DNA of 64,000 nt, from contig NW_027254369.1 in the NCBI RefSeq assembly GCF_044704955.1, forward strand, positions 310,001 to 374,000, read 5' to 3'. Positions 38,102 to 50,467 of the stretch are shown piece after piece (within the stretch, counting starts at the first letter, position 1; every line of letters begins with the position of its first letter). The notes beneath the pieces are model-generated. The model made no database searches. It was not told the DNA's origin and saw only the letters and a list, made by a program, of their open reading frames with translations. The position numbers and the translations under genes are program-made. This stretch comes from Pristiophorus japonicus. Its lineage: Eukaryota.

Positions 38102-40362
38102 ACATAGAAACCCCATTCCTGCTTTCTCGCCATACCCCTTGATCCTCCTAGTAGTAAGGGCTACATCGAACTCCTTTTTGAATATATTTAGTGAATTGGC
38201 CTCAACAACTTTCTGTGGTAGAGAATTCCACAGGTTCACCACTCTCTGGGTGAAGAAGTTTCTCCTCATCTCGGTCCTAAATGGCTTACCCCTTATCCTT
38301 AGACTGTGACCCCTGGTTCTGGACTTCCCCAACATTGGGAACATTCTTCCTGCATCTAACCTGTCTAAACCCGTCAGAATTTTAAACGTCTCGATGAGAT
38401 CCCCTCTCATTCTTCTGAACTCCAGTGAATACAAGCCCAGTTGATCCAGTCTTTCTTGATATGTCAGTCCCGCCAACCCGGGAATCAGTCTGGTGAACCT
38501 TCGCTGCACTCCCTCAATAGCAAGAATGTCCTTCCTCAAGTTAGGAGACCAAAACTGTACACAATACTCCAGGTGTCGCCTCACCAAGGCCCTGTACAAC
38601 TGTAGTAACACCTCCCTGCCCCTGTACTCAAATCCCCTCGCTATGAAGGCCAACATGCCATTTGCTTTCTTAACCACCTGCTGTACCTTCATGCCAACCT
38701 TCAATGACTGATGTACCATGACACCCAGGTCTCGTTGCACCTTCCCTTTTCCTAATCGGTCACCATTCAGATAATAGTCTGTCTCTCTGTTTTTACCACC
38801 AAAGTGGATAACCTCACATTTATCCACATTATACTTCATCTGCCATGCATTTGCCCACTCACCTAACCTATCCAAGTCACTCTGCAGCCTCATTGCATCC
38901 TCCTCGTAGCTCACACTGCCACCCAACTTAGTGTCATCCGCAAATTTGGAGATGCTACATTTAATCCACTTGTCTAAATCATTAATGTACAGTGTAAACA
39001 GCTGGAGCCCCAGCACAGAACCTTGCGGTACCCCACTAGTCACTGCCTGCCATTCTGAAAAGTACCCATTTACTCCTACTCATTGCTTCCTGTCTGCCAA
39101 CCAGTTCTCAAACACTACCCCCAATCCCATGTGCTTTAACTTTGCACATTAATCTCTTGTGTGGGACCATGTCGAGAGCCTTCTGAAAGTCCAAATACAC
39201 CACATCAACTGGTTCTCCCTTGTCCACTCTACTGGAAACATCCTCAAAAAATTCCAGAAGATTTGTCAAGCATGATTTCCCTTTCACAAATCCATGCTGA
39301 CTTGGACCTATCATGTCACCTCTTTCCAAATGCGCTGCTATGACATCCTTAATAATTGATTCCATCATTTTACCCACTACCGATGTCAGGCTGACCGGTC
39401 TATAATTCCCTGTTTTCTCTCTCCCTCCTTTTTTTTTTAAAAAGTGGGGTTACATTGGCTACCCTCCACTCCATAGGAACTGATCCAGAGTCAATGGAAT
39501 GTTGGAAAAATGACTGTCAATGCATCCGCTATTTCCAAGGCCACCTCAAGTACTCTGGGATGCAGTCCATCAGGCCCTGAGGATTTATCGGCCTTCAATC
39601 CCATCAATTTCCCCAATACAATTTCCCGACTAATAAGGATTTCCCTCAGTTCCTCCTTCTTACTAGACCCCCTGACCCCTTTTATATCCGGACGGTTGTT
39701 TGTGTCCTCCTTAGTGAATACCGAATCAAAGTACTTGTTCAATTGGTCTGCCATTTCTTTGTTCCCCATTATGACTTCCCCTGATTCTGACTGTAGGGGA
39801 CCTAAGTTTGTCTTTACTAACCTTTTTCTCTTTACATATCTATAGAAGCTTTTGCAGTCTGTCTTAATGTTCCCTGCAAGCTTCCTCTCGTACTCTATTT
39901 TCCTTGCCCTAATCAAACCCTTTGTCCTCCTCTGCTGAGTTCTAAATTTCTCCCAGTTCCTGGGTTCGCTGCTATTTCTGGCCAATTTGTATGCCACTTC
40001 CTTGGATTTAATACTATCCCCAATTTCCCTTGATAGCCAAGGTTGAGCCACCTTCCCTTTTTTATTTTTACGCCAGACAGGAATGCACAATTGTTGTAGT
40101 TCATCCATGCGGTCTCTAAATGTCTGCCATTGCCCATCCACTGTCAACCCCTTAAGTATCATTTGCCAATCTATCCTAGCCAATTCACACCTCATACCTT
40201 CAAAGTTACCCTTCGTTAAGTTCTGGACCATGGTCTCTGAATTAACTGTTTCCTTCTCCATCCTAATGTAGAATTCCACCATATTATGGTCACTCTTCCC
40301 CAAAGGGCCTCGCACAACGAGATTGCTAATTAATCCTCTCTCATTACATAACACCCAGTCTA
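38102..40362 (-). mobile_element. 5'-truncated CR1 LINE, frameshifted ORF2
   Basis: ORF pieces from the APE endonuclease end (GKSDHN) through RT. Confidence 0.95.
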
Positions 40363-40669
40363 AGTACTGCACTGTAAACCTTAGATCTTCTTGTATTTTC
40401 TCTTAGTACGGTAGGGTCAGACTATCTGTCTCTCCCAAACCTGTGTGCATTTTGTTTCTCCTTGTTAATGCTGCATCCTGGTGCTCATTCCATTGCCAAA
40501 TTAATTTAAACCCTCCCCAACAGCACGAGCAAACATCACCCCACCCTCATGAGGAAATTGGGCTGTGGCGTTTCCCACACTACAACAGTGACGGCACTTC
40601 AAAAAGGTACTTCATTGGCTGTAAAGCACTTTGGGACGTCCGGTGGCCGTGACAGGCGCTATAGAAATG

Positions 40670-41215
40670 TACAGCTTGGGTACTGCGTACAGTTCTGGTC
40701 ACCACAGTACAGGAAAGATGTGATTGCACTAGAGAGGGTACAGAGGAGGTTCATGTGGATGTTGCCAGGACGGGAGAATTCTAGCTATGAGGAAAGATTG
40801 GATAGGCTGGGGTTATTTTCTTTGGAACAGAGAAGGCTGAGGGAGACCTTATTGAGGAGACATAATTAAAATTATGAGGGGCCCTGATAGAGTGGATAGA
40901 AAAGTCATATTTCCCCTAGTAGAGGGGTAAATAACCAGTAGGCATAGACTTAAAATAATTGGTAGACGGTTTAGAGGGGAGTTGAGGAAACATTTTTCAT
41001 CCAGAGGGTGGTGGGCATCTGGAACTCACGGCCTGAAAGGGTGGTAGAGGCAGAAACCCTCACCACATTTAAAAAGTACTTGGATGTGCACTTGAAGTGC
41101 TGTAACCTACAGGGCTATGGACCAAAAGTTGGAAAGTGGGGTTAGGCTGGGTAGCTTATTTTTTTAGCCGGCACAGACAGGATGGCCACCTTCAGTACCA
41201 TGAATTTCTATGATT
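40670..41215 (+). mobile_element. Old CR1 3' fragment
   Basis: [21 protein letters not shown]. Confidence 0.85.
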
Positions 41216-41453
41216 CTCTTTGGCCCAAGGCAGTGGGGAGAATACCCAGATCTTGTATGTCCACCTGAGAGGGGTTTAACGACTCATCTGAAAGATAGCT
41301 CCTCCGACAGTGCAGCACTCCCTCAGTGCTGCACTGGAGCGTCAGCCGAGACTTTTGTGCTCAAGTTTCTGGTGTGGGGTTTGAACCCACAATTTACCGA
41401 CTCATTGTAAGAGTGCTACCCACTGAGCCCCGGCTGCTTTAGTGATGTTGAGG

Positions 41454-41653
41454 NNNNNNNNNNNNNNNNNNNNNNNNNNNNNNNNNNNNNNNNNNNNNNN
41501 NNNNNNNNNNNNNNNNNNNNNNNNNNNNNNNNNNNNNNNNNNNNNNNNNNNNNNNNNNNNNNNNNNNNNNNNNNNNNNNNNNNNNNNNNNNNNNNNNNNN
41601 NNNNNNNNNNNNNNNNNNNNNNNNNNNNNNNNNNNNNNNNNNNNNNNNNNNNN
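41454..41653. other. Assembly gap
   Basis: 200 N. Confidence 1.
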
Positions 41654-42335
41654 GGGGGGGAAGGGAATGGGGGGGGGGGAAGGGAATGGGGGGGGGGGGG
41701 GAAGGGAAATGGGGGAAGGGAATGGGGGGGGAAGGGAATGGGGGGGGGAAGGGAATGGGGGGGGAAGGGAATGGGGGGGGGGGGAAGGGAATGGGGGGGG
41801 GGAAGGGAATGGGGGGGGGGAAGGGAATGGGGGGGGAAGGGAATGGGGGGGGGGAGGGAATGGGGGGGGAGGGGAATGGGGGGGGGAAGGGAATGGGGGG
41901 GGGGGAAGGGAATGGGGGGGGGGAAGGGAATGGGGGGGGGAAGGGAATGGGGGGGGGAAGGGAATGGGGGGGGAAGGGAATGGGGGGGGGAAGGGAATGG
42001 GGGGGAAGGGAATGGGGGGGAAGGGAATGGGGGGGGAAGGGAATGGGGGGGAAGGGAATGGGGGGGAAGGGAATGTGGGGGGGAAGGGAATGGGGGGGGG
42101 GGCAGGAGATGGGGAAGGGAATGGGGGGGAAGTGATGGGGGAAGAGATGGGGGAAGGGAATGGGGGGGGAAGAGATGGGGGAAGGGAATGGGGGGGCAGG
42201 AGATGGGGAAGGGAATGGGGGAATGGGGGGCAGGAGAGAGATGGGGAAGGGAATGGGGGGCAGGAGAGAGATGGGGAAGGGAAGGGAATGGGGGGCAGGA
42301 GAGAGATGGGGGAAGGGAAGGGAATGGGGTGGGTG
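41654..42335. repeat. G-rich simple repeat (Gn-aagggaat)n
   Basis: Direct inspection; the Pro/Gly-rich ORFs here are artefacts. Confidence 0.95.
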
Positions 42336-42339
42336 GTAG

Positions 42340-42750
42340 CCGGGGATTGCCGCGGGGTGAATGGATGAATTGCCGCCTGTGTACAATTTCTCCCTACCCT
42401 TATTGTCATGACTTTCCCAAACTGGTTTTGGAGCGGGGGCGGGGACGGGGGCACAATAACCCGGCTCCAAGTCCCGGGGCTGAGGCCCTGGGCCCGGCGT
42501 CCTCCCGCCCAGGGCCCGGCCCGCCGCTAGCCCTTACCTGCTGGGCCCAGCCTCGGCTCCGGGTCCGGCCGCCTGCCGTCTGTCCCCAGCTCCCCGACCG
42601 TCACCGCCCCCTACCCGGCTGCCTGCCCCGCGGGATTCTGGGAACCGCCCGTATATTTGCATAAAATCTGCATATCACAACATTCCATCGTCGCCCCGGC
42701 CTTAAAGGGGCAGGCCACCAGGAAGTGTCAGCAAGGATTTAAAGGGACAG
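42340..42750 (-). promoter_or_regulatory. CpG-island-like internal promoter with non-coding first exon (~42650-42538)
   Basis: Non-TE GC/CpG-rich tract; consensus donor CAG|gtaagg (exon end 42538); GC boxes, TTCTGGGAA (42636-42644), octamer ATTTGCAT (42655-42662), ETS-type CAGGAAGTG (~42719-42727); no ATG in the exon. Confidence 0.65.
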
Positions 42751-42754
42751 AAGG

Positions 42755-43235
42755 AAAGACTTTACTTGCATTTACATAGCACCGTTCACGACCACCAGGC
42801 GCTTTGCATCCAATTTTTGGAGTGTAGTCATGGTTGTAATGGAAGAAACGCGCTGCTAATTTGCGCACTGCAAGTTCCCACAAACAGCAATGTGATACAA
42901 GTTATTGTTGGTCATGATAATGACCAGATAACCTGTTTTTTTTTTAAGCGATGTTGGCTGAGGGATAAATATTGGTCCAGGACACCAGAGAGAACTCCCC
43001 ACTGCTCTTCTTCGAAATAGTGCCATGGGATCTTTTACATCCACCTAACAGGGCAGACGGGGCCTCGGGTTTGACTTCTTATCCGAAAGACAGCTCCTCA
43101 AACAGTGCAGCACTCCATCAAGACTGCACTGGGTTGCCAGCCTAGATTTTTATGCTCAAGTCCCTGGAGCAGGGCTTGAATCAACAATCTTCTGACCCAA
43201 AGGCGAGCGTGCTACCCACTGAGCCACGGATGACA
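42755..43235 (-). mobile_element. Deu-domain SINE immediately upstream of the internal promoter
   Basis: Reverse complement of the SINE family; head gctacccactgagccacgg at ~43210-43230. Confidence 0.85.
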
Positions 43236-44177
43236 ATCCCAGTGACAGGGATTATTGTATGGCATTCAACGACCTAAAAGGGATGAATTATTACTGTTTT
43301 ATGTGGAAGAGGATATTGTATAAAGAAAAAAAAACTTGCATTGATACAGCGCCTTTCGCGACCTCAGAATATCCCAAAGGGTTTTACAATCAATTAAGTA
43401 CTTTTGAAGTGTGGTTACTGTTGACACCATTACAATTCAAAAAAATTCCTATCCAAACCTTGCCTATTTTTAACCAAAAAGATTCAACAACTTTTCCCAG
43501 ATATATTATTTCCCCAGATGTTTTACATTTCCCAGATATATTTACAACTTTTTCATATTTTGGATTGTTGCTGATGAAAAAATTGATCTTAGAAAAAGGT
43601 CCTTATTTTCATTTTGCTTTTCATCTCTCTGCTGCTGATGTGTTTTTTTCCGGTGGTTGGGGGCGGGGGGGGGTGTGGGGGAGGTGGGGGTGTGAGGGGA
43701 CACAGGCGGTACAGTTCCACCGGTGGCAATTGTCCCACAGTGGCTCAACTAAATTCTTCACGTGTGAGCCTAGGCAGTGAGCACTAGCCAGCTGTTCTCT
43801 CACGAGAGGCATCACCTGCCTTCGTCCAACGTGACTGACATTTTCCACCCACCCTCTTACCAGCCCAAGGGTGCTGAGGCCAGTTGTAGGAGCACAAACT
43901 GCTGCCAATGCTCCGTTTGCTCAGAACAAACCTCAGGGCGACCCTGGGATCTTTCTGGTCTGTATGGCTCAGTACCACCCTGGGTCATGCATTCATCAAC
44001 CGGAGCCACCACAGGAGGCAGCTAATTACATTTAACTATCGCGGTGGGGTGGAATATATAAACTAACCTCAGTCATATCTAACGTTCTTTGGAAAGAAAG
44101 TGAACACACAGGATTGAGACATAGAGTAGTTTATAGCTTAACCCTTTGAGTGTCAGCTAACGACTATGACTATCACG

Positions 44178-44932
44178 TGAATGGATTGGGCCTATACTCT
44201 CTGGAGTTTCGAAGAATGAGGTGTGATCTCATTGAAACATATAAGATTCTGAGGGGGATTGACAGGGTAGATGCTGAGAGGTTGTTTCCCCCCGGGCTGG
44301 AGAGTCTAGAACCAGGGGTCACAGTCTCAGGATAAGGGGTCAGCCATTTCGGACTGAGATGAGGAGAAATTTCTTCACCGAGGGGGTTGTGAATCTTTGG
44401 AATTCTCTGCCCCAGCGGGCTGTGGATGCTCAGTCGTTGAGTATATTCAAGGGGATGTTGTGTAAGTGGTAAAGTGTAACATCCCCATCCTAGAACTTCC
44501 CATCCAAAGACCGCCCGAAGTGGAGGAAGTGCATCCAGGGAGGGTGCTGAGCACCTCGAGTCTCGTCGCCGAGAGCATGCAGAAATCAAGCGCAGGCAGC
44601 GGAAGGAGCGTGCAGCAAACCAGTCCCACCCACCCTTTCCTTCAAGCACTGTCTGTCCCACCTGTGACAGAGACTGTAATTCCCGTATTGGACTGTTCAG
44701 TCACCTGAGAACTCATTTTTAGAGTGGAAGCAAGTCTTCCTCGACTTCGAGGGACTGCCTATGATGGTGATATTCAAGGCTGGGATAGATAGATTTTTGG
44801 ACTCTAGGGGAATCAAGGGATATGGGGATTGGGCGGGAAAGTGGAGTTGAGGTCAAAGATCAGCCGTGATCTTATTAAATGGCGGAGCAGGCTCGAGGGG
44901 CCAGGCGGCCGACTCCTGCCCCTATTTCTGAT
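44178..44932 (+). mobile_element. CR1 3' fragment interrupted by an RTE 3' fragment (~44453-44768)
   Basis: TSD atattcaagg on both sides of the RTE piece. Confidence 0.88.
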
Positions 44933-45496
44933 GTGCCGCAGAATAATGGCTCTTCAGCGCTCCGGAATATTTGTTCGGAGAAACAGGTTCGGTGGACCAG
45001 CTGTTTTTTTTTCCTGCCCATCCATTTTGTATGATTCTATCTTCTGAAAATGTGTTGCATTGAAACCTATCAGGAGGGATGGGCAGCATTCCGGGAGGAT
45101 TGCCACAGCACATTCCAAACCCTTGAAGTGATCCAAACTGCGACAGCTCAGCGCAGTTCACTGACTCCCAGAATCTGGTCCAGTTACGGGAATGCAGTCT
45201 AGATTTCCCACCCAGGTGGGGGTGGAAACTGCTCTGCCAGCTGCCCAACTTCGGAATCCGTGCCCGCCTTTCCCGCCTTTCCCGCAACTCCGTGTTTGAA
45301 TCTCTCCCTCCAATCAAGATTCCCTCCCTGCCATGGCAAATGGTCCTAACCAAAGACACAAATGGCACCATCCTCGATCTCTTTGCTACCTTTGACACGA
45401 CTGAGCATGCGACCGTCCCCCAACACCTTCTCCTTTCTTGTCAGCTCAGTGGCAATGCCCTCGCTCCAACTGTAGCCAGAACATCTCGGGTCATAG

Positions 45497-45945
45497 TGTC
45501 AGCTGTGGCTTCTGAGTCAGAAGGTGGTGGGTTCGAGTCCCACTCCTGGAACTTGAGCACGCAAAAAATCTAGGCTGACACTCCCAGTGTAAAGCTGAGG
45601 GAGCGCTGCACTGTCAGAGGTGCCGTCTTTCAGATGAGACGTTAAACCGAGGCCCCGTCTGCTCTCTCAGGTGAACGCAAAAGATCCCACGGCACTATTT
45701 CGAAGAAGAGCAGGGGGAGTTATCCCCGGTGTCCTGGGGCCAACATTTATCCCTCAATCAACATAACAAAAACAGATAATCCGGGTCATTATCACATTGC
45801 TGTTTGTGGGAGCTTGCTGTGCGCAAATTGACTGCTGCGTTTCCCACATTACAACAGTGAATACACAGCAAAAAGTACTTCATTGGCTGTAAAGCGCTTT
45901 GGGACATGCGTTGGTCATGAAAGGCGCTATATCAATGCAAGACTT
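45497..45945 (+). mobile_element. Deu-domain SINE
   Basis: Family match including B box ggttcgagtccc. Confidence 0.88.
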
Positions 45946-46076
45946 TCTCTACGATCTCATCTGTTCTGTCAGTAACAGCTCCGGGTTTCCCAGCACCGAC
46001 TGCAATCGCAGGAAATCTGAAAGAAGAGCAACAAAACTCTGGAAACACACACAGCAGGATCACTTGAAACGAGATA

Positions 46077-46702
46077 GGGCGAGAAATTCGGTACAGCCCG
46101 CTTTCAGGCGGTGCCTCCTTTAGTGCCGGGCGATGTCTACCGCCTCAAGGTGGGATATTCAGTTGTAGCGCCCCCAAGAGGAGAGTGGAGCACTAAGGGA
46201 AGCGTTCCACACTCCTCTTTGGGCGCTCACGGAGCGAGAGCGCAGGAGGACTGCTCAATTTTTTGCCGCTAGGCTGCCGGCATCCTCACGTCAGAAGCTG
46301 CAAACATAAATCGTTCTGAAAATTTTCAATGAACATCCCCATTACTGCGACAAATAAATAGAACGGAAATTGCAGCACTGACCTTGCTCTCCGGAAGCTA
46401 TCGCCCCGGGACCGTCGCCAGGCCGACCACTTTCCCCGTCCGGTCTCAGCGCCCGGGGCTACCGCAGGGGAAAGAATGAATTTAGCAAACGCAGGGCTTC
46501 GGGGGGGCGTTGCACACTCGGTGACATCACCACGTGGGCGGGGCTAGCGAGCGCAGCGCAATCTGTCAGCGCCGTCGCTAAACCTTCACTGAAGTTCGCG
46601 GCAGGCGCTGACAGCATGGCGCTCATGCCGTAGTTGTTTAGCGGCTCCTTAGCGTCCCTTGCTGGCGCTAATGTTGGTGCTAAACAGCCGAATTACTCGC
46701 CC
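46077..46702. mobile_element. Second MITE family (626 bp, 15-bp TIRs)
   Basis: gggcgagaaattcgg ... ccgaattactcgccc (one mismatch); CpG-rich, non-coding. Confidence 0.75.
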
Positions 46703-46819
46703 AAAGAGTGGGTTAAGATTAGGGACACTGGGAGTGTCAGCCTAGACTCTGTGCTCAAGTCTCTGCAGTGGTTCTTAAACCCACAACCTTCTGACTCAGA
46801 GGCGAGTGTGTTACCCACT

Positions 46820-47425
46820 CATCATCATAGGCAGTCCCTCGGAATCGAGGAAGACTTGCTTCCACTCCAAAAGTGAGTTCTCAGGTGACTGTACAGTCCA
46901 ATACGGGAATTACAGTCTCTGTCACAGGTGGGACAGACAGTGGTTGGAGGAAAGGGTGGGTGGGACTGGTTTGCCGCACGCTCCTTCCGCTGCCTGCGCT
47001 TGTTTTCTGCATGCTCTCAGCGACGAGACTCGAGGTGCTCAGCGCCCTCCCGGATGCTCTTCCTCCACTTAGGGCGGTCTTTGGCCAGGGACTCCCAGGT
47101 GTCGGTGGGGATGTTGCACTTTATCAAGAAAGCTTTGAGGGTGTCCTTGAAACGTTTCTCTGTCCACCTGGTGCTCACTTGCCGTGTAGGAGTTCCAAGT
47201 AGAGCGCTTGCTTTGGGAGTCTCGTGTCGAGCATGCGGATGATGTGGCCCTGCCCAACGGAGCTGGTCAAGTGTGGTCAGTGCTTCGATGCTGGGGATGT
47301 TGGCCTGGTTGAGAACGCTGACGTTGATGCGCCTGTCCTCCCAGGGGATTTGCAGCATCTTGCAGAGGCAGCACTGGTGGTATTTCTCCAGCGATTTGAG
47401 GTGTCTACTGTATCTGGTCCACTGA
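46820..47425 (-). mobile_element. RTE-clade LINE 3' fragment
   Basis: Reverse complement of the 36822-37466 family; catcatcataggcagtccc tail. Confidence 0.9.
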
Positions 47426-47804
47426 GCCACTGCTGACACTCCAGCATACCTACTCCATAAATGGCCAGGTAATGCATTTAGTAGTTAATGGGTTTAATAG
47501 TTAATGGGTTTAACGGTTAATGGGTTTAATAATGGGCTGTAATGGGTTTCATAGCCTGCAAACTAGAAAGCCAGAGTGAGGAATCGCTGCTAAACATCTG
47601 AGTCAGACCTGCAAAGCGATTAAGAAAAAAAATAAGCAGTGATAAACAACATTAGCATGAAAAGGAGTGAAATCTGTGGCCTGAATAGGATTGGATAAAA
47701 GTTTCGAGCTGCAGACGATTTTCAATGGACTGCGACAGAACTTGACTTGTGCAACAGTGCCAGCAGAGGAAGACACTAGAGGGCCTCTGAAACTATTGAG
47801 AGCC

Positions 47805-48957
47805 GCTGTAAATATCGCAGTATCTGTCGCAGTAAATAGCGCAGTATCTGCCGCAGCAAATAGCGCAGTATCTGCCGCAGCAAATATCACCGTATCTGCT
47901 GCAGTAAATAGCGTGGTATTTGTCGCAGTAAATATCGCAGTATCTGCCGCAGTAAATATCAGAGTATCTTTCGCAGTAAATATCGCAGTATCTGCTGCAG
48001 TAAATATCGCAGTATCTGCTGCAGTAAATAGCCTGGTATTCGTCGCAGTAAATATCGTAGTATCTGCTACAGTAAATAGCGTGGTATTTGTCGCAGTAAA
48101 TATCATAGTATCTGCTGCAGTAAATAGCCTGGTATTTGCCGCAGTAACTATCGCAGTATCTGCCGCAGTAAATATCACAGTGTACTGCAGTAAATAGCGT
48201 TGTATTTGCCGCAGTAAATATCGCTGTATCTGCCACAGTAAATATCGCAGTGTCTGCTGCAGTAAATAGCATGGTATTTGCCGCAGTAAATATCGCAGTA
48301 TATGCTGCAGTAAATAGCATGGTATTTGCCGCAGTAAATATCACAGTATCTGCCGCAGTAAATATCGCAGTATCTGCCACAGTAAATATCGCAGTATATG
48401 CTGTAGTAAATAGCATGGTATTTGCCGCAGTAAATATCGCAGTATCTGCCGCAGTAAATATCGCAGTATATGCTGCAGTAAATAGCATGGTATTTGCCGC
48501 AGTAAATAGTGCAGTATCTGTCGCAGTAAATATCGCAGTATCTGCCGCAGTAAATAGCGTTATCCTCTGCAGTAAATAGCGCAGTATCCTCTGCAATAAA
48601 TATCGCAGCATCTGCCGCAGTAAATAGCGCTATCCTCTGCAGTAAATATCGCAGTATCTGCTGCGGTAAATAGCGTGGCATTTGCCACAATAAATATCAC
48701 AGTATTTGCCGCAGTAAATAGCGCAGTGTCTGCTGCAGTAAATAGCATGGCATTTGCCGCAGTAAATATCACACTGTCTGCTGCAATAAATATCACACTA
48801 TTTGCCGCAGTATATATCGCAGTATATGCCGCAGTAAATATCACAGTATCTGCCGCAGTAAATATTGCTGTGTCTGCTGCAGTAAATAGCACAGTATTTG
48901 TCGCAATAAATATCGTAGTAAATGTCGCAGTACTTGCCGCAGTAAATGTTGCAGTAT
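47805..48957. repeat. 24-bp minisatellite (gcagtaaatatcgcagtatctgcc)n
   Basis: About 48 units, each made of two GCAGTA-initiated 12-mers. Confidence 0.95.
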
Positions 48958-49614
48958 GGGGGCCGGGTGACAGGAGAAGGGGGCAGTGGGTGAGAGAAGC
49001 AGGGACCAGCTGCTTCCAAAGTCACAGTGCAGAAAGAATTAGAGGAGCAGCTCACCCTGATACTATCCAGCAAAGCTCCCAATATCTGACAATAGAGCCC
49101 CATTGGCAGAGAACGTTGGTCTGGTCTGTAAGTCTAACCTTCAGTCAGAGAGGAGTTTGTAACACAGGGCGGGTTTAAGAAAGGAACAATAAGTTGTATT
49201 TGTAGAGTGCCTTGAACATAATAAAGTGTCCCAAAGGGGCAAAGCCAGACATTGAGCAGTGACAGCAGAAGAATTCTGGGAGGTGACTGCAGGGGGAATC
49301 ATAGAATCATACAGCCCATCATGCCACGGCAACGCAATTGTTTCCTTTTCAAGTATTTATCCAATTTTCTTTTGAAAGTTACGACTGAATCTGCTTCCAC
49401 CGCCCTTTCAGGCAGCGCGTTCCAGATCTCATCAACTCGCTGAGTAAAATCAAAAAATCTCCTCGTCCCTCTTGGCTTTTTTCCCAAATTATCTTAAATC
49501 TGTGTCGTCTGGCTACAGACCCTCCTAGAATCAGAGTCAGAGCTGGGGAGTGAGGAGGCATGAAAGGTGGTGAGGCACCCGGGATTAAACAGTGGGTGTG
49601 ATCAAATTAAATTA

Positions 49615-50068
49615 CTGAGATAGACAGATACTCAGACAAGACAAGACAGACAGAGAGAGATATAGAGATATCAAAACAGATATGGATAGAGAGATGGACA
49701 GATAGAAAGAAAGAGATGGATAGAGATATGGATAGAGAAAGAGAGAGAGAGAGATGGCTAGAGATATGGATAGATAGAGAGAGAGAAAGAGATGGATAGA
49801 GATATGGATAGAGAGATGGATAAAGAGATGGACAGAGAGAGAGGTGGATAGAGAGAGAGAGATACATAGACACAGATAGATATAGATAGATAGACAGAGA
49901 TAGACACAGAGATAGAAAGAGAGAGAAAAAGATAGATATAGATAAAGAGATATCAATAGAGATATAGAGAGACAGACAGATACAGAGAAAGAGATAGATA
50001 GATAAATAGACAGATACAAAGATAGACAGACAGATACATAGACAGACAGACACAGACACACACACGCA
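49615..50068. repeat. GATA/GACA/GA compound microsatellite
   Basis: Direct inspection. Confidence 0.95.
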
Positions 50069-50467
50069 CATTTTGAGGCTCGAGGAAGGAAAATCCACTC
50101 ACAGCCCAGGCGAATCAAGCTTTGAATCTGGACAATTTAATCCATTGCCTTGACGCCTCGAGAGGACAGGCTGGGCTTGAATGTTTAATGTTGTTGAAAC
50201 GTCAGCAGGTTCATTGCGGGGACGGGAGCCTATATATCAGAGCCATTTGTTTAACACTGTGTCACTCACCAATGGAGATGTAAATGTTTTCCACAAGGAT
50301 GTGTCTGCTCAGTGATAGATTATGAGTCTGGATTTTGTCTCTCACCAGTTTTCTATTGAAAATGAGAGTTGTGAATAAACCACTCTCGGGGGGGGGAAAA
50401 AGGTTACAGTGAAGGACCAGAGAAAAGGGTGAGACTGCAGCATTACACTGCTGGAATGATTAACCTG

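Noticed and set aside
41402-42664. 300-350 aa Pro- or Gly-rich ORFs
   Set aside because: Translations of a G-rich simple repeat and an N gap.
46077-46702. CpG island as a promoter candidate
   Set aside because: Bounded by TIRs, so better explained as a MITE.
47480-47552. (ttaatgggtttaa)n as telomere-like repeat
   Set aside because: Not TTAGGG; a short local ~16-bp tandem repeat.
49607-50118. Hydrophobic Leu/Ser/Ile ORFs
   Set aside because: GATA/GA microsatellite artefacts.
50205-50300. TATA-like cctatatatc and donor-like TTG|gtgagt
   Set aside because: Isolated short motifs without a supportable exon.
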